Made by a program: the position numbers and the translations under genes
The notes under the pieces: model-generated
Database searches by the model: none
What the model saw: the letters and a program-made list of their open reading frames with translations, nothing else
Told to the model about the DNA's origin: nothing
DNA from: Epiperipatus broadwayi
Lineage: Eukaryota > Animalia > Onychophora
Direction of reading: 5' to 3'
Assembly (NCBI GenBank): GCA_028023455.1
Contig: JAQFVV010000006.1
Location: 17,670,001 to 17,734,000 of the forward strand
DNA: 64,000 bases
In this document: positions 26,856 through 39,870 of the stretch, in pieces
Layout: each line of letters opens with the position of its first letter
Position numbering within the stretch: position 1 is the stretch's first letter

Positions 26856-27793
26856 TATAATTGGTTTTATTGCAAGCACTGCAATCAGTTTTGATACAGG
26901 TGTGGACCACATTATAATCCATTATCTTTTTCTCTTTTGTGAATAAAAAATTATTTTTAATATAGTTGCATAGAAAAAATATTTTTAGGAACAAAAATGA
27001 TTTTTAATTTATTAATTGTATGACCCGATTCAGCCATACGAGTTCTTATCTATCTATTATAATTGCATATATATTTAAATTATATGTTATTGTCAATATT
27101 ATTAAAATAAATTGCTTACAGTATAAATTGTATATCAACTGCCATTTTCAAGTGCTTAATGAATTGGTTTATGTAACCAGTCAGGGATGCTATAGATATT
27201 GTCACTGTAGTGTGTGTGTGTGTAAATACACACACGAATGGTAAAGGATTAATTATTTAAATAAAAAGGGTGCATTTGTAAAACCTTCTTAGTTTTTTTG
27301 TTGTTGTTGTTCAAGATGTTTATAATTGAATAATTTTATCTACAAGATAGTTTTAACAAATGGAATGTAAATGTTGTATGTAGGATATTCTGCGGCTTCT
27401 TGCTTAAATCAAATTTTATATAAATAGAATTTTTAATTCAAGTTCATGTTTGTATTAGCCAGAATTCAGAATATGAAAACATTTTTTAACCAATTGAAAA
27501 TAAGCATTACGGTATTTCACAAAAAAGAGAGGTGTGAAACCGAGACTATACTCTTTTTTTAAAAAAAAAAAGTGTTCACATTTCATATGGAAATAAAATT
27601 GTCTGGATTTTCATATGTTGCATTTGTATAAGTGAATGTTTGATTGAAAATTAATTTTTTGTTGATGTTGTTTTATAAACTAAGAACTAAACGTACTTTC
27701 TTATTTTCTGTCCTGCCACTGCTAGAGACGTCATTTCCGCAAAAATTGCAGAAATATTCAGAGTAGGGGGCCAAAAGCAGGCGACACAACTTC

Positions 27794-27812
27794 TGGCCAC
27801 TAGATGGCGCTG
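27794..27812 (+). promoter_or_regulatory. CTCF binding motif
   Basis: TGGCCACTAGATGGCGCTG closely matches the CTCF consensus TGGCCACCAGGGGGCGCTA. It lies in a short GC/CpG-rich island (~27715-27880). Confidence 0.75.
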
Positions 27813-29685
27813 TTCACCATGCGTACGCACAGAAACATTATGCCAAATAGCAACCAGCACTACTGCCCGAACTAAACTCTAAAAAAAAGCATGAATATAG
27901 TGTAGAATCTGCATTGGTTGATATCTGTATGCATTTTTTTTTGTATACATACATCTTTAGCAGTTATCTGTCATGTCCTATATATCACTCTAAAGATTTC
28001 TTACTTTTGAATTTTTTATCTACTTTTCAAATGTTTAAAATTATTTTTGAAAATTGGCTGCCATGTTTTTTTTTTCTTATCACAGGCAGTGTTCCTTTTT
28101 CCCCAATAACATACTCATTCCTTTTCTTTAGTAAATACTTTTCTCACCTACTCTTTTAAAAACTGCATTGTTTCTTAATCTTCTGTTATTTGTTTGTTTT
28201 TGCTTTTTTCTACTAAATCCAACTATAAAACCATTAATCTTTTTTCTTTCCTTTCTTAAGAAAGATTCTGCGGTTGCTGATATTTGTTAGTCTCTCTGTC
28301 TTTATTTCAATGATAATTGCAATTGTTAGTTTCATATTTAAAGTCTACTTTTTGTACGCACACACACACATCAATCTTCTTATTCTTAAAATGAGAGTAG
28401 TTTTTGTTTTCGTCAATTCTTTTTGCCATTTGTTTCTTAAGTTCATCTGTAATTATTTTCACCTATTGAAATCTGATGCAGAAAACACATTTTTCTCTTT
28501 TTTTCTAACCCACATTAATATATTGCAGAATAATAGTAATACATTCGCAAGACAAACTTTGAAAAAAGTTCCAGTTTCCAATTAGAATCAGGATTTTTTT
28601 TTTTTTTTTTAGATAACCATTGTAGCTAACATGTGCCAATAATAAGCATTTATCTACTTTTTGCTAGAAGGTAAAACAAGGATAAGACCCACCCAAAATC
28701 TCACCACCTGGCACTTTCTTTTTCATAGCTTCTCTATAGTTATTGGGAAAATCTTTTCCGTGTCTGTTTTATTTTGTGTGTGCGTATGTTTATGCACATA
28801 TATTTTGGATTAGGTCGTGTTATACATTTTCCAGTTGTTGCTTTTAGCAGTATAACATTATTAATATTTTTTTCGAGAAGGGGGTTTCAGCAACATTCTT
28901 GAAGATCTCAACTATCTGGATGATAGACAACTTGGGTGATCAAATCAAAACATCATAATAATGGTAATAAACCAATGTTGGAATATTAACCCAGTGTATT
29001 GCATAATAACCGCTGGGAAAATTTATATATGTGTGTATATTTAATAGTCAACAACATCTAATGCATATTTCCTATTTAGATATCCATTATAAATGTCTTA
29101 ATATACTGTAATAATCTTTTTTTTATTTTTCAATCTATAATTTTCCATTTCAAGTGTTTAACAGAATAACTAACTCTGTTTACTGCATCCCGAGGACTTC
29201 CACATTGTTTTTATTATTTTTCAGTTATAGAAATCAGCATCTTATTACTTTCTTCCTATAATTTCTCTTTTATAAAGATTTAATATTATATCTTTAAATT
29301 ATTTATTATTATAAGATAATCAAATAAAAACGTGCTGTCTTATTTAAATCCCCCAAATAGCGTAGCGTTTAAAGTGGATGAAAATTTGTTTTTATTGTTT
29401 CTGTTATTTCATTATATTAAAAATATATTTTAGATGAGTATTAAAATAAAATTAGAGTATTTTCTTTTACATGCGCACACTCACTCACAAACCTTCTATA
29501 ATTAATTATTTAAAATATTTGCATAAAATTCTTCAATATCAGTTGTTAAGTTTAATTATTATATGAAAATAAAATTTCTATTCTAAAATGTATTTTTGTA
29601 TAACAAAAAAATAGAAATATATTTTTTTTTTATTCGTATATGTACCTGTTTGCTATCATAAGTATTAATATAAATAATTAATTGG

Positions 29686-29790
29686 TTGTCAAGCATTGGT
29701 GGTCGAGAGGTCAGGACAGCTGCTTTACAAGCAGTTGTCCCGGGTTAGCGGGTTCGCTTCCCGGCTGATACTATGGCACATGAGAAAAAT
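29686..29790 (+). mobile_element. tRNA-Gly(TCC)-derived SINE
   Basis: gcattggtggtcgagagg...cagctgctttacaagcagttgtcccgggtt...ggttcgcttcccggctgata, compared with tRNA-Gly GCGTTGGTGGT...AGCTGCCTTCCAAGCAGTTGACCCGGGTTCG. Confidence 0.8.
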
Positions 29791-30149
29791 ATATATACTG
29801 TATATATAAATAATTAATTTCCACCCACTTCAAAGAAAGGTCTTGCATTTCGTCAAATCAATTCTTTCTCATCATTTTCTTCATAAATAATTATTTCCGA
29901 CTTTTTTCAACACATCTATATTATTAATATCCACCGCGACCCTTTTCTATTTATCTTCATTTTCCCATCTATGGCATTCAATTACATCCCTTTTATATAT
30001 ATATAATGGTCCATATTTTTTCTCCATATAATGTTGCACTTCATATTAAATATTTAACATGCCTCTTTCTTAACTCTACTTCCAATATAATACAAAATAA
30101 TATTTTACCCTTATTAAGTGTTTTTTTCTTAACCATTGTAATTCTCTCT

Positions 30150-30600
30150 AATTTTTCTATTACCACTTTTATTTCCAGTTATTCAAAAGCATTTGTATAA
30201 TAATTTTGTCTTTAATACTCATTCTTAGTCTTTATATCTTAACTTTTATATTTATTTCTTTACTCTTATTTGCATTTATTTTCATTTCAAATATTCTACA
30301 AATTCTGTCACAGTTCTTCATAACATTTTCTTACGTCCATCCTTCTTGCATACAATTTTTTCCAAATCAACAAATTTGATAAAGAGAGTCTTTCTAATTC
30401 TAATACTAAGTTTATCATTATTATTATTAAAATGGTATTTCCTCTCTATATCTATTTACTTCTCTCCCTTTTTTTTTTACAAATGTTTTCAGATTTGTAG
30501 TGATTGCTCTAAGAAATGCCTTTACTTTCAATCTATCCCCCTCTCTTGATTATTCAGCAAAGTGATGTAATTCATTCTTTTAAATGGCTTTTCAAATCGA
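30150..30600 (-). mobile_element. Decayed LINE RT fragment (RTE-like)
   Basis: Minus strand FIKFVDLEK resembles the RT 'F.DLEKAYD' motif. Confidence 0.45.
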
Positions 30601-30669
30601 TATATTTGTATCTCAGTAGCAAACTTTCCAGACAGTAGTGTTATTCAGTGCTAACCATAATAATTAATG

Positions 30670-31128
30670 TATGCTAAAAGGCTTATGTATAAAATGCTTA
30701 ACTAGTGCCTAGTCATCCAATATCCCCAGATTTGGTTCTAGCTTGCGGCTTTTATCAATGATAATTTGGTTTCTGAGAACACTCCACTTAGACCTTTGTA
30801 TTTGCAATCTTCCAGAAACCATCTTTTACCTATATAGTCAACTATAAAGCAGTGAGCCCAAGATGAAAACAATAATGTTTTTCACTTCCAGCTGATCTGC
30901 TTATATAGTCATGCAGATCTGAACCTAGTTCATTATCTATACATTTTGGTGTCTGTTTTTTTTAATACTCACAATCATCATTATCCTATGGGCAGGAATG
31001 GTATAAAATCATTAAAATGTCACATGGTCACTATTTTCTATACTGCACAAGCATCCATTGATCACTAGGGCTTGCATTGGTGGGATTACTGGTTGTGTAA
31101 GCATAGGAAATGGTGATCGTGTGATGTT
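30670..31128 (-). mobile_element. Old family A copy (about one monomer, with a terminal inversion)
   Basis: ctagtgcctagtcatccaatatccccaga...ctagcttgcggcttttatcaatg (decayed HHR), gatctgaacc, then cacatggtcac... and inverted ...tggtgatcgtgtgatgtt. Confidence 0.7.
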
Positions 31129-32219
31129 TTAGTTATTTTATGTTTATATTTTAATGGTAACTTTTATTTCTCCTATTTCATCGTTTGTCTTTTACCTTTT
31201 CTTTATCCAAATTATTTTTCTCATAGGAGACTCCTCAGTAACATTTTTATTTCCTCTCCACTAGAATCATAACTCTCACAAATCTAATGGCTAGTAGTTC
31301 TGGACCATAAAATACTTTATAAATATCAACTAATTCACTTTTCTCTCAAAGCTTTTCATTCAAATGGACTCTTGTCAACTCCTTACAATTTGTTTTTGAT
31401 TTTTTATTGCAATAACGATAAATGGATACCTATAATGAACCCATTCTTTAGTTTTTATACTGCTGTATGTATAGTTTACCTATTGATTTATATATGTAAT
31501 TAGAGGGATTTTAATCCAGCCTTTAAAGCTCCCTTTAGCTGAGCTTGAAAGTCTGGGTTCAAATCTCCTCTAATTACATCTAGTTTAAAGTATATATACC
31601 ATACTTGTATTTAAATATTATATATATATGTGTGTGTATATGTATTGTGATAAACAGCAACTTGTGAACATTTAACCATATCTTCCATGCCACAATATTA
31701 CAGAGAATAACTAAATAAATGAGAAAAAAAATATTTCTATTTAGTTGGATTTTTAAATAGATTATAATTATTTTATAGTAAGAGGAGTGAAATATTTAAG
31801 AAGCCAAGATTTATACAGTAGTAGCAAAAATGACACTTTCTAATTAAATTGTTAAGATAACATTATTCACTAATGAGTTTAATTCCAAATCTAACTACAT
31901 ATCTATTGCAAGTCAGTAGACTGGAAAATGTAATATGAAAGTTTATCATTTGTACCATTGTAATATTATTGGCTTGTTTTTATTTAAATGGCTTAGATAG
32001 AAAGTGATCTCTTTTTTTCACTTATTTGTAGCTATTTTCTGTAATACTGTGGAGTATGTTGATAGGGTTAGATGTATATTGAGTTTCTATTTGTTGTAGC
32101 AATTGGGTCTGCCTAAGCAAAATCACAGTAAATATGTTTAAAAGTTGAATACTGAGATTAAGTGAGAAAGCCATAATTATGTAATGATCATTATTTGGAT
32201 CAAAGCATATCCTCTAAAT

Positions 32220-32498
32220 CAGGGGTCCCCGACCCTATGCCTGCGGGCACCATGGCGCCCGCAGACCAATTTATGTGTGCCTGCCACTATCCGAACACTA
32301 TAAAAAATTATTTATCTGATACAAATAAATTTAATTTTTAAGATTTTTTATAAATTATTGTATTATATTGTAATCAAATTGTAGGTCTATCATTAACAAT
32401 ATCCAACTATAAATTTACATTAAAAAAATAAATGGTGCCCGCCACTTGGCCGGTATTATAGAATGTGCTCTTAAGTGCAAAAAGGTTGGGGACCATTG
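32220..32498. mobile_element. hAT (Charlie-like) MITE with 8-bp TSD
   Basis: CAGGGGTCCCCGACC...GGTTGGGGACCATTG; CTCTAAAT on both sides (32212-19, 32499-506). Confidence 0.9.
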
Positions 32499-34129
32499 CT
32501 CTAAATATTCTGTATTTCTCTGTTTTAAAATGCTAAATGCTACTGAGAAATTGATATCTGTAATTCTAAGATCCTAGAATTGGTCAAAAAAGAAAAAAAC
32601 ATTGGCCATTAATAAACCAATCTAATATAATTTACAAAATCGATTACTCTCAATGCTGCTTTGTTTGCAGTCTAAAATACATCTGGCCTTTAATTATAAA
32701 TTGCATACTAAATATTTGGGATTATTCAAATATTGACGAATAGAATTTTGTATATAAATAGTTTTCCATTTATATAAGTGAAGTATTCTGTTTTGTTGCT
32801 TAAACCAGACAATATTTTTATGACAAATGAAAATAAGCATTACAAGAAATGTTCTTACATAATGAAACAAACATTGACCCATTTTTTACTTGTGCATTTT
32901 ATGTGAGTTTGTATCTACTTAAAGCAGAAGATAGTCAAGTAATGTCTGGTTTTTTTTTTTAATTGTAGATTTTTTTGTGGCTGTTAAACCCTTTGCACAT
33001 ATATATATTTATAATTTGATCCAATTAATTAGCTGTTGTGGTAAAATCATATATATATATATATATATATAGTGATTTTATCTGTGGTAAAATCATATAT
33101 ATATATATATATATAAGTGCTTAGATCTGTGTGATGTGATCATAGTTTCCAAAAATGTTAAGCTTAATTAATCAGAATTTTACTTACTTAACATTATTTT
33201 ATTTGTTTATATACTTAGATTAATTTAATTTTAGTTGATTGAATTCCATTTATATTTTGGATTTAGTTGAAATTCAAATCATAAAGTTATTTTTTCATAT
33301 ATATATTTATTTATTCTTAAGTTTTAAGAGAATTTGTGGTAAAATAAAATTATTGTCCAAATAATTAATTTAACAAAAATGTTTTTTTAAAAAATGAATA
33401 TATCATAATTTTTAAAAAAATTATAAAATGTGACTGCTAGAAGAATATTTAAAAAAAATTTTTTTATATTGTTTTTAGTTTTACAAGAAACTTTATTCAA
33501 GGAAATATATATCTACACTTTAAAGGGAAAAAATAATAATACAGAACTAATCAAAGAATATTACAATAAGTATTTCCAATAGCACTCAGTGAATTATACT
33601 ATTATTAAACACAGTAAAATAGGAAACAGAAAATATATCTCATTAGAGGTTAGAGCAGTGATAAACAAGTAACAGAGTGGCTTCAAAAATGTCTGACAGG
33701 GTGGTTTTTTTATATCTTTATTTTATTGTCGCTAATTTGTTTTTAAATGAGTTAAAATTTTTTGCATTACTATTGTAAAGATAAGTGCACCATAATGCAT
33801 ATAGTATAAATGTTGTACTTCTTATTTCTGTGAAACAGGCATTTGGAAAAGACTATAATTGAAATTACAGTGGCATCTTTTTTTTAATAAATTTTTGTAA
33901 TATAATATCAAGTGTATTGTTGGCTACTATACTCAAAGATTACATGTCTTTGGTTCTCTTTTGATCTGTGGCACAACTCACATATAGTGCCAATGTTAAG
34001 TATGTTTCTCTTTTATCTCATGAAAATCGATAAATTTGGGCTCAAGTGTCCAATATTTAAATCTACGTATTAGCTGCTTATTATTAATGCCTAGCATTGT
34101 CAAGTCTGTTATAATTTGTGTTTGTGTGT

Positions 34130-34620
34130 AGAAGTACATATGTATTCCAGTAGCATCATTTATCCTGTGGGAAACTTATGCTAGGATTAGATATTAATTT
34201 AGTAGGTTCTAAGATTGTATGCAGATATTTTGTGTATAGAGGAGGTTTGTCTGTGTTCAAGTAAAGATCTTAAATAATTCACCCTACTAAACTTGGTATG
34301 ATTTTGATAAGATTGATCTTATCAAAAGGGTGTTTTTACATAATAGTTATTATATCTACTTGTCATGCTAATGGTTTGGGGTTCACATTTGAGTCAGACA
34401 AATCTTTGAAGTCACAAAAAGATTTATGATTTTTTTTAGATGGTGGCCAGAGCCAATTTGCCATCTTCAAGATAATGTAAGTTGATCAGGTGTGTAACAT
34501 TATGCTATCTGTTAAAATCAAGTCTATGATTGATATCTCCATTTCTAACTGGTGGAGGATGCAAAATGACATCTTTTCCCAGGTCCAAATTCAATGATTA
34601 CTATTATTTTTTAATCTTTA
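34130..34620 (-). mobile_element. Decayed LINE endonuclease/RT remnant (tentative)
   Basis: Minus strand SIIDLILTD resembles the APE C-terminal 'S.IDL.L' motif. Confidence 0.35.
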
Positions 34621-35104
34621 TCAATTATATCAGTTGTGGTTTTCAAATTAATCATTTCTTTATGGGAAAACATGCCAGATTTTAATGAAATAATTGAATG
34701 GTTTAATTGTTCAGGAGTTCATAAGATGTTTGAGTGGCAGAAGTACCAGCAGAATCGTAATTCGTAACTTTTGGTTTTTAGAATCTTTCACTGCACTAAG
34801 TCTCCTATGGCGGAAATCAATCAAATAGTTTATTGCTCTGGAGTTCCTAAGATGTATGAGCACTGAAAGTGACAGTTGCTCTATGATTTATAGACTCTGA
34901 GTCCAGAATCTGCTTCTCTGTCACTGCACCAAACCATGCATTATCAGTTGATTACTTAACATTTTTATTAGTAGTAGTAGTATTGAAATACTGTACTATT
35001 GTTATTGTGTTTGGTGAAATAGATATCTGACAAAGTTTATATCCAAAGAAAGTGTTTTTTTTGCAGAGAGACATCTTTTATTCTTAGAAAATAGAAAGTA
35101 CATA

Positions 35105-35250
35105 TGATAACAAGGTGATAAAAGCGGACAGAACCCATTCCCTACCTTGCGTGGGAGTAATGTAGTGAAAATTACACTATAGAAAGATTCATTATTGGAT
35201 AATCTCTAATGTAATAGAATGACCAATAAAAATTATTACATATGATAACG
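35105..35250 (+). repeat. Family C repeat copy
   Basis: aaaagcggacagaacccattccctaccttgcgtgggagtaatgtagtgaaaattacacta matches 19387-19450 and its downstream flank. Confidence 0.75.
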
Positions 35251-36155
35251 TTTCTTAATTTATGTACTACATCCAGTCACTTACTAAAACTACGAACTAG
35301 CATTACTGGTCAGTTAATTTTGTATTCGTACGTGATAATTTTATGTTAGATTATATTGCTGTCTAAATAAGATTTAATTTAATTACTAATAGTTACAATC
35401 TACCGCTATTAAGTTTATTCTTTATTTTGTAAACTTCAGTTTTATAACATATTTTCTATTTAAATAATTTAGTTTTAATTTTCTTTTTAAGCAAAATAAA
35501 AATATTTGTGTAAATATACGGGTTTCTTCTGCCCCCTCCCCTCTACCCTTTCCCCCATTTTAAGTGAGATAAATTTATTTAACTTGGGTTTATGTTCATC
35601 GTGTGCTGTTAATTTAATTTGTCTGACGCTAAAAGAAATTTCCAAGCTAAAAAAGTGAGAGATTTGCTAATTGTATTACCCAGAACTTAAATTCTTAATA
35701 AGATTAAAGTTTCTAAATCATTCATTCATCAAACTGGCTGAATTTAAATCGAAAGAAGGGGCCAGAGAATGGTGATAGTTGAAAAAAATAAAAAGGTTGC
35801 ATTCATTGAAATAAATACGCGTACATAAAATACAGAATATAATGTTTGCCTCATAGTGCAGAAGTAACATATTCGCCTACTATGTTCAATGACTGAAGTT
35901 TCAAATCCAAGCCAAGTGAAAATTTTTTCAAATGGCTTAGGATTTTTTTTCACCGATAGTTCAACCCATCTAATCCTCGAAAATTGATCAGTAAATGAGT
36001 ATCTTAGCTAGAGCGTAAAACAAATACGGAAAACAGCTAAACTAATCACGTGACTTTTGATAAGTAGGTCTCTCATTGTTTACATAATATTTATATTATA
36101 GATATTTTTGCTATATTGTTTTTTTTACTAATTTTAATCTTTTTTTTTTTTTCAG

Positions 36156-36200
36156 TTCGAGAAATACTCCAAACTTGATACTTCATTTTACCGTCAAAGT
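36156..36200 (+). CDS. AUTS2: 45-nt coding microexon of AUTS2/FBRSL1/tay-family gene (FEKYSKLDTSFYRQS), phase 0-0
   Basis: Branch-like TACTAAT (~36126), long poly-T tract and cag acceptor (36153-36155), GTAAGT donor at 36201. Peptide resembles the AUTS2-family segment FDKYPTKVDPFYRHS (from recall). The symbol denotes the family, not proven orthology. Confidence 0.85.
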
Positions 36201-36589
36201 GTAAGTAATTATCTATTGATATCCTTTAAATGGTTGTGCTATGTGCGTGTGTGTATATGTGCTTATATATACGATATAATTTTGAAAAGCTCTATAGTGA
36301 AACGATTTAAATTGAGATTAAATCTACATTACCGAAAGTTTTAGGATTCTATATCATGTAAAATCGGAACCATAGACCTGACTCTGAACTCCCTTCTCTT
36401 ATAAGATCATTTTAATGTACTTCCTATTCATTAATGAAGTATGTGGCCGATGCTATGATATATGGGGGGGGGGGATTGAACAGCCAACTGTTAGGAAGTC
36501 ATGTGACATTCATCTGAAGGAAGCATAGTTGGATTGAGAACCTTTAGCTTTTGAATCTTATCATTCTACCATTACAGACTACTCGTCAT

Positions 36590-38052
36590 TAATATGATTA
36601 ATTATAAAATATATAATACAAAACTAATACAGAAGTGTTATAGAGTAATATTGAAGGAAAGAGCCAGTAATGATGAAGGAAAGAGTGTAGAAATGAATTC
36701 AGTAGGATTTAGTTTATCATAGAAGTTTGTTATTTTATGGATTTAAAAAGAGGGATGACATTATAGAAAGAACTATAACATCTTTTGAAAGTTAAGTATT
36801 TTAAATAAAGAGATGAGAAGTTGAATTAAATCTATGAAAAATGGAAAAGCTAAAAATATATATATAATCTATTATAAATATTTTTAAAAAAGAAAGTGAA
36901 TAAATAGAGAAGTTGTTGGCAAAGCTATATACCAAATATTTTTAAATAATAAAGCTGTACCATGATTAGATGAATGCATTAGTATTATTGATGTCTAACT
37001 AGAGTGAATAAGAAGATATTAGTAATTTCAGATCTAGCAGTTGTGTATATGATCTTTATTAGAATTAGAATTTATTTACATAGAACATAAACCAATTAAT
37101 ATAGAAAGCAGGATTCATAAATGATCGTGGCATTGGAAATCATGTCCATGTACTAAATGAACTTATTGAAAGATCAATGAATATGAATTATGATTTTAAA
37201 TTCTAGTTTATGAAAAGGGGTTTGACTAAACATTTCCCCAATGATTTAAAGCTTTAGAATATTAAAACATAGACCTGAATATTATCAAATTCTAAGTAAT
37301 ATTTAGAGAGCGTGTCACTAAGAAGAATGCCATTGGTGTGGTAATTCCAACTCTACAATAGTTTTAGAAGTATTTTATGGATTAGAAATGAGAAACAAAT
37401 GGAATAAATATATATTTCTTAATCAGACTTCTTAGATTTTGCAGATGAGTAAAATAATGCTTGAAAACTTCAAGAAATATTACAAAAACTATTGATAAAG
37501 ATAAAATAATATCAAAGATAAATGCTAAAATGTTTGATATAATGTTCAAGGGTTTTTTTTTTTAAAAAGAGAGAAAAGTCAAGATTTATAGTAATGAATT
37601 AGAAGAAATTAACAACTGTAAATATATTGATCAGATTTTTAATACAGTTGGAACTTGTAATGCCTGAAATTAATCATAGAATTAGACTAGGATGTGGAGT
37701 GCCATTTATGTTAGAAATAATATTAGAAGAGAACACAGCTATGTGTGAAAGGGAAGATTTTAAATATGTTTGGCCTTTGCTTAATATATTTGTGACTTGG
37801 ACACTTAATTGGAGAGCAATTCAAAGACAGGATGTGTTAATTAGAAGAAGGGATAATTGATTGAAACTATGAAGCTTTAAACTCAATCCTAAGATAGTAT
37901 AGAAAACTTAGAAAGGAGATCACATATGAGTGGAATCATATAAGTAAGTTTGCCGAAGTGCCGAGAATAGAAGCTATGAATCAAAGAAATTAGATCAAAT
38001 TCTGAGAGATCTTCATATTGCAGCAGGTTGATGATGATTGGATAATGATGAT
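36590..38052 (+). mobile_element. Old, heavily decayed RTE LINE (3' half)
   Basis: Colinear with the RTE at 12956-14500 (gaaaagct, cagatgag, attagactaggatg, ...ttgatgatga tail). Confidence 0.75.
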
Positions 38053-38916
38053 GGTAATATTACCTCTATACTATGCCTATTAATAGATCTATAATTTATG
38101 TTTCATTGATGTAAAAACACTATTCAGTGATTATTATGAGTATTATTTTATTCTATTGCCTTAAGAATCTTCACGCTTAAATTTCCAGCAGATAACATAG
38201 GCATAAATATATAAAACGGCAAATAATTTAGGAATACTCCCATATATTTAATTCTTTTTAGAGCTACCTCATTTCCAGATGTTTTATTACAATTATACTG
38301 CTCAGGGGTTGTTTTGATATTTGATTTATCTAAGAAAAATGACAACACTTGTAAAAAAAAAAAAAAAAGTCTTTTAAGTATTTTTAGAAAGTTGGAGAAA
38401 TGTTTATTTAAGACTGCATTTCAATTATTAATAAGCATGAATTTTAAGTAAAAATGTGTGGAAAAATAAAAGTATTTTATCTATATAAATACATTCTTTA
38501 ATGTTGTAACATTAAAACAGATCTTGTTTGAAAGATTATTTTTTGCCTACAAGTACATATTACTGAATTTGAAGTGCTCGATATTGTAAATACGTGAATA
38601 AAAAGAAAATAATAGTTGTAGTGGAAAGCATGAAATAATTTCCATATTTTACTAACAGGCTACTTTAACAGTATTAAAACATTTTTTGTTTCTCCCTTAT
38701 TGAAACCGACATAAGTTATCTTCCACTAATTCAAGACTACGAAGTTTTCTATCTTGTTCATGCCACTAAAGGGTTTCACGTTCCTTAAAAACTTCCCAGA
38801 AATTTTAGATAACGTTAACATTTTTTTGAGCTGGGCAGCTTTTTCATTTTTATGCATAATATGATCCAGAAATTTCATTTCCTACTTTAAAAAGTGTGAT
38901 TTGGTATGTTTAAAAT

Positions 38917-39018
38917 TTATTAAAACAGGCAAAACTCTCCCTACAGTAGTGCTACTCAGTTTTGCCTGTTTTAATAACAGTTATGAGCAAGCATAAGAAA
39001 TGGTGATCATGAGATGTT
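38917..39018. mobile_element. Family A mini-foldback (no HHR retained)
   Basis: ttattaaaacaggcaaaactctcc... joined to agttttgcctgttttaataacagttatgagcaagcataagaaatggtgatcatgagatgt. Flanks ttggtatgtttaaaa / ttggtggtttaaaa resemble a degenerate TSD. Confidence 0.8.
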
Positions 39019-39289
39019 TGGTGGTTTAAAACTTATGTTGTTGTTTTTTTCACCTTTAATAAAATCTTTTTTGGCAACCCTGATTTGTTCTTTCGTTTTT
39101 GGTATTGATAGAACTATTATTCCTCATTCACTAGTATAGGATAAAGTTCACATAGCTGAACGATATGGATCTTCCACTCCCATAATAAAATACTTTCTTT
39201 ACATTAAGAATAAAGGTTGATTGATTTATTTTTCTAAAATACAACACGTTTCTTATTTTCTCTAGGAGTACCACACATAGCATTAGTAA

Positions 39290-39870
39290 AAGATAACTTA
39301 CTAGATTCAATTATTCCAACTGCTATTATCTTATTCAAATGTTCTTTTAATCTCATCCATGACCTTTCTTAGCACCCATAGCAAAATCCTCACCACCCCC
39401 CTTTCCTTATTGAAACATTAAAAATCTGGAATCATTGCATCAGATTTTTAATATGATTTTTACATCCAGAACTTTCATGGATGCCAACCCATACATGTTT
39501 TTATTTTTATCAATGTTTTCATACTCTCCTTTGTTAAGAACATGATTGTTAATATTAATAATCTTGATATAATTGTTATGATCATCATAATCTTTATTAA
39601 GTATTGTGATAATTGTTTTTTTATATCCTGACTGATTCTTACTCCTTTATAAGATGGAGATATCTCTATGAAGGTAAATATAATTCAGCAAATCGTAACC
39701 TCCATTTCGTTATCAGTATTCACTTTTTTCTGATGTAAACTTTTTCATTGATCTTTATGATTATCCTTAAGATTATAAGCTATTCTGACACTTATATATC
39801 CTACCTTCTAATAATGTCTTTAGATTCTTTTATCTAGCTTTTAATATAATGACTTATTTTTCTTTATCAT
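39290..39870 (-). mobile_element. Decayed RTE-like 3' fragment
   Basis: Minus strand has the RTE-type C-terminal layout (…tgggttggcat…ggaaaggggg…ggatgagattaaaag). Confidence 0.45.

Noticed and set aside
29693-29772. Functional tRNA gene (Val-TAC/Ala-TGC reading)
   Set aside because: Gly-type body with a mismatched anticodon, insertion near the T arm, imperfect acceptor stem and retroposition tails in sister copies. Treated as a SINE.
33036-33115. Direct repeat tgtggtaaaatc followed by (AT)n, twice
   Set aside because: Best explained as a microsatellite-associated local duplication.
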